Positions 60,989 to 64,000 of a stretch of 64,000 nucleotides of DNA are shown here, piece after piece. The stretch comes from Flavobacterium sp. (GTDB taxonomy: Bacteria > Bacteroidota > Bacteroidia > Flavobacteriales > Flavobacteriaceae). Under the pieces are notes generated by a model. That model was given only the letters and a program-made list of their open reading frames with translations, searched no databases and was not told where the DNA came from. Numbering within the stretch: the first letter of the stretch is position 1; each line of letters begins with the position of its first letter. The stretch covers positions 1,621-65,620 of the forward strand of contig NZ_JAYWDT010000240.1 of assembly GCF_043779715.1 (NCBI RefSeq), in the 5' to 3' direction. The position numbers were made by a program, and so were the translations under genes.

Positions 60989-61555
60989 TTAATTGTTGTT
61001 TTCTTTTTCTCTTTTTACCTCGCTTGGAGGATAGTTGTAACGTTTTTTAAATGCTTTGTAGAAGTTGGGATAATCATTAAATCCGCATATTAAAGCAATT
61101 TCTTTCAATGGAATTGCTGTTTCCTTGATTAGAAAATGCGCTTTCTTCAATCGCTCGTCATTGTAAAATTGATAAATGCTCGTTTTAACTATATTCCGGA
61201 AGCTGTCTTTTAAAGTAAATTCATTAGTGCCAAACATTTTTGAAAGTTCTTTGGTAGTTGGCAAAGGTTCTTCTAAATGATTTTTGATGTAGTCAAGGAC
61301 TTTCTGTATTAGTTCTGCATCGGATTGTTTAGTAGTATTTTGATTTGTACTGTAATTGTATGGTTGGTTCTTGAACTCGTATTTCGAAATTATGTTTTGC
61401 ATTTTTTCCGCTACTTCATTCAGCATATTTGCCAATTGATCCAACTCATCGCCACTGCCATTTAGCTCCACCCGAAACGCTAGATTTCCGGTTGCCATTT
61501 CTAAAAGCATCTTATATAAGCTTTTAATTCGTTGTTGGTTTTGTTGATTATCCAT
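60989..61555 (-). CDS. AraC-family regulator with HAMP-like N-terminus
   Basis: ELDQLANMLN; ELSKMFGTNEFTLK; IALICGFNDYPNFYKAFKKRY. Confidence 0.88.
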   Translation of the reverse strand: MDNQQNQQRIKSLYKMLLEMATGNLAFRVELNGSGDELDQLANMLNEVAEKMQNIISKYEFKNQPYNYSTNQNTTKQSDAELIQKVLDYIKNHLEEPLPTTKELSKMFGTNEFTLKDSFRNIVKTSIYQFYNDERLKKAHFLIKETAIPLKEIALICGFNDYPNFYKAFKKRYNYPPSEVKREKENNN

Positions 61556-61694
61556 TAAGGTATGTATGTGAATGATTGCCAGAAAGGAAGTTGGGAAATG
61601 TTGACAAAACTATATTATCGAATTATATAAATCAAGAAGTATAGTGTTCCATTCGGGAATTACACACCTTGTTTTGGATGTGTTTTTAATAAAA

Positions 61695-61721
61695 AAAGCA
61701 TTGCAGTTGTTGCAATGCTTT
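61695..61721 (-). terminator. Integrase terminator
   Basis: AAAGCATTGCA-GTTGT-TGCAATGCTTT, flanked by A/T runs. Confidence 0.7.
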
Positions 61722-61741
61722 AAAAAAAAGTAAAAGTTATT

Positions 61742-62980
61742 CTATGAACTTTTCGCTATTAGTTGAGGTGCTAATTTTTGCTTGAGAATAGCCATATCAT
61801 CACTCACTTTTCTATCAACTACTTTTGCGTAATGTTGCGTGGTTCTGATGTTAGTGTGACCAAGCATTTTGCTTACGCTTTCAATAGGAACGCCATTTGT
61901 GAGTGTTATAGAGGTTGCAAATGAATGTCGAGCAAGATGGAAAGTTAATTCTGTTTTAATGCCACAAACATCGCCAATTTCCTTGAGATAGCTATTCATT
62001 TTTTGATTGCTTAAAACTGGTAGTATAGTTTCTTCATTTATGCACTTTGGATGTGATGCGTATTTCGCCATAATTTGTTCTGGAATAGGTAGTAAAGGAA
62101 TTTTTGAACTAGTATCGGTTTTTTGTCTATTCTTGAATATCCATTTGTTGCCATCAATTCCAATTCCAATGTGATCATTTGTCAATTGCTTTACATCGAT
62201 ATAAGCTAGACCAGTAAAACAACAAAATATGAAAATATCACGCACTTGAACTAATCGCTCACAATGAAACTTCTTATTGTAAATTGTCTCGATTTCGCTT
62301 TCAGTTAAAAAATCTCTTTCAACTTCCTTGATTTTTCCTTTATACTTTACAAATGGACTTTCAATAATCCATCGGTTATCCAAGCAGATTTGAATTATCT
62401 TCTTGAAGTTTTTAATGTATTTTACAGTCGTATTATTGCTACAACCACGTTCAGTTCTCAAGTAAAAATCGTAATCCGTAATAAACGCCAAGTCAATATC
62501 CTTGATATTAATGTCTGATATATTGAATTTCCATTTCATGAACTCTTTTGTATGGCTAAGCGAAGTTTTGTATCGCTCTAATGTTCCTGGAGAATATTCT
62601 TCGGTTTTTACTAAAGCTTCAATTTGATTGTTATGGTTTTGAAAGATTGGGATAAGTGTTCGTTGCTTTTCAGTTTTGCCTGTCAACACATTATTAAAAA
62701 CTTCGGCAGTAATATCCTTGTCAACTGCAATTAATTTCTTTTCAATACTAGAATTTTTTGCAATCAGTGAATCAAGGTGGCTATTTATTGTTCTAGCTTC
62801 TTCAGAAGTGCCTTTCATTCTGCCTGCTTCTGTTGACCATTTAGTGGGATCAATGTACTTTCCGGTGCTTTTGTCGAGGCGTTTTCCGTTGATTGTGGTT
62901 CTGTGATAAATTGGAACTAGTCCGTGTACATTGGCTTTTGCTCTTTTTAGATAAAAAAGATTTGTGATTGTTGCTTCCAT
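61742..62980 (-). CDS. Tyrosine site-specific integrase (Bacteroidota Arm-DNA-binding type)
   Basis: RDIFIFCCFTGL, HLARHSFAT, LGHTNIRTTQHY. Confidence 0.95.
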   Translation of the reverse strand: MEATITNLFYLKRAKANVHGLVPIYHRTTINGKRLDKSTGKYIDPTKWSTEAGRMKGTSEEARTINSHLDSLIAKNSSIEKKLIAVDKDITAEVFNNVLTGKTEKQRTLIPIFQNHNNQIEALVKTEEYSPGTLERYKTSLSHTKEFMKWKFNISDINIKDIDLAFITDYDFYLRTERGCSNNTTVKYIKNFKKIIQICLDNRWIIESPFVKYKGKIKEVERDFLTESEIETIYNKKFHCERLVQVRDIFIFCCFTGLAYIDVKQLTNDHIGIGIDGNKWIFKNRQKTDTSSKIPLLPIPEQIMAKYASHPKCINEETILPVLSNQKMNSYLKEIGDVCGIKTELTFHLARHSFATSITLTNGVPIESVSKMLGHTNIRTTQHYAKVVDRKVSDDMAILKQKLAPQLIAKSS

Positions 62981-63083
62981 TTTGGTGACCTTTTAATTAG
63001 TAATAATTTAGTTAAAAAGTCAAATAGGTACAAGATGTTCATTTTCTGAACTGGCTGTAAATACTGAGGTTGGCGAAAAGATA

Positions 63084-63128
63084 GGGGCACAATTTTTATT
63101 GATTGCCTTGTGCCCCGAATTGTGCCCC
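63084..63128. repeat. Three TTGTGCCCC 9-mers (candidate integrase arm-type sites)
   Basis: GGGGCACAA (inverted) at 63084, TTGTGCCCC at 63108 and 63120, between integrase and tRNA. Confidence 0.65.
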
Positions 63129-63232
63129 TCTTGAATTGCGAATTAATGAATGTTTTGATATGGGATTAAAAACAAAAAACCCCGAAAATCATAAGATTTA
63201 AGGGGTTTTGAAGTACTTTAAAAAGTATTTTG

Positions 63233-63317
63233 CGGAGAAAGAGGGATTCGAACCCCCGGACCTGTTACAGTCAACAGTTTTCAAGACTGCCGCATTCGAC
63301 CGCTCTGCCATTTCTCC
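63233..63317 (-). tRNA. trnS: tRNA-Ser (TGA)
   Basis: GGAGAAA acceptor stem, anticodon arm GCAGT-CTTGAAA-ACTGT, long variable arm, GGTTCGAATCC; CCA not encoded. Confidence 0.97.
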
Positions 63318-63453
63318 AGTTGAGCGTGCACAATTTGTTATTGCGAGTGCAAATATAGTAAGCTTTTTTGTTTATGCAAACCTTTTTTGAATAAAAAATG
63401 GAATTATTTTTTAACTAATTCATTTCGTTTAAATTAACGTTAGAAAATAGTTT

Positions 63454-64000
63454 CTAATAATTTACATATTCAACAATCTCAAGCCCATATCCTATCATAC
63501 CCACACGTTTTCCTTGGTCTGTATTAGAAACTAATCTGATTTTAGAAATATCTATATCGTGCAAAATCTGCGCACCTATTCCAAAATCTTTACTGTCAAT
63601 TACAATTTTAGGTGCTTTCATCTCCCCTTTCGATTGTAATGCTCTAAGTTCATGAATTCTGTTTAACAAACTTACCGATTGCATGTCTTGATTAATGAAT
63701 ATCACAGCACCTCTACCCTCTTCATTAATGACTTTAAACATATCGTCGAGTTGCTTGTCTGCGTTGTTTGTCAACGTTCCCAACAAATCATTGTTTACTT
63801 GTGATGAATTGATTCTGGTTATAACAGAATCTCCTAAATTCCAAGTACCTTTTGTTAACGCAATATGTATTTGTTTATTTGTTGTTTGCTCGTAAGCACG
63901 AAGTCTGAATGATCCAAAGCGAGTTTCTATATCAAAATCTTCTTTTTTAACAATCAAACTATCATGTTGCATTCTGTAAGCTACTAAATCTTCGATTGAA
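63454..64000 (-). CDS. ribBA: Bifunctional DHBP synthase/GTP cyclohydrolase II-like (RibBA), C-terminal part; 5' end outside the window
   Basis: Frame open to the edge: SIEDLVAYRM..ETRFGSF..HIAL.KG..DFGIGAQIL.D..RLVSN..GYGLEIVE. Confidence 0.85.
   Translation of the reverse strand, partial: SIEDLVAYRMQHDSLIVKKEDFDIETRFGSFRLRAYEQTTNKQIHIALTKGTWNLGDSVITRINSSQVNNDLLGTLTNNADKQLDDMFKVINEEGRGAVIFINQDMQSVSLLNRIHELRALQSKGEMKAPKIVIDSKDFGIGAQILHDIDISKIRLVSNTDQGKRVGMIGYGLEIVEYVNY

Larger units (their letters stand above)
1..63230. mobile_element. Integrative element / genomic island (ICE/IME-like) inserted at the 3' end of tRNA-Ser; left end probably outside the window
   Basis: Tyrosine integrase immediately downstream of the tRNA-Ser 3' end; excisionase-like HTH, rep-like protein, P-loop ATPase and RteC inside; metal-resistance and defence cargo; housekeeping ribBA-like gene on the other side of the tRNA. 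A second att copy was not seen by eye. Confidence 0.8.

Noticed and set aside
61704-61716. TTGTTGCA near the integrase as a fourth HTH operator
   Set aside because: It is part of the terminator hairpin downstream of the integrase, not a promoter.
63208-63390. 60-aa ORF
   Set aside because: It is the antisense reading of tRNA-Ser.
1316-63895. Numerous 60-175-aa ORFs antisense to or overlapping long genes (e.g. 2331-2663, 14946-15314, 46350-46682, 52326-52853)
   Set aside because: They lie within well-supported CDSs on the other strand or frame and have no motifs; typical shadow ORFs.
1-64000. CRISPR array / cas genes
   Set aside because: No regularly spaced 25-45-bp repeats with unique spacers and no Cas motifs were found by eye.

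Overview
AT-rich Bacteroidota DNA (Flavobacterium-like: TAnnTTTG promoter boxes, SusC/SusD, RteC). Almost the whole window appears to be the tRNA-proximal part of a large integrative element or genomic island. A tyrosine integrase (61742-62980) lies just 3' of tRNA-Ser(TGA) (63233-63317), and core chromosome (ribBA-like) resumes beyond the tRNA. The left boundary was not found and probably lies outside the window. Cargo from left to right: (1) 1-21.4 kb, copper/heavy-metal resistance (multicopper oxidase, CopA, AraC, HMA/HMBD proteins, VIT1, HupE/UreJ, MFS, CusA/CzcA RND); (2) 21.5-31 kb, a cell-envelope cluster with a two-component system; (3) 31.8-37.5 kb, backbone-like xis/rep/ATPase, TPR-AraC and rteC; (4) 37.7-50.7 kb, a dense defence island with an AbiE-type TA pair, a CBASS-like operon containing two nucleotidyltransferases, an E2 and a TM-NUDIX under a divergent HTH/ImmA pair, an S1/P1 nuclease, an RT module and a DUF262-HEPN pair; (5) 51-61.5 kb, a SusC/SusD-S9 peptidase-Cys-peptide-MauE/DoxX module behind a structured leader RNA. 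The strongest candidate for an undescribed system is the RT module: a UG/Abi-like (YCDD) reverse transcriptase preceded by a ~185-nt structured RNA closed by a terminal stem and transcribed back-to-back with a stand-alone VirE-N/PriCT-2 primase-like gene. In this copy the RT frame is broken at a 5-bp tandem duplication. All family assignments come from motif recognition by eye; no database searches were run.
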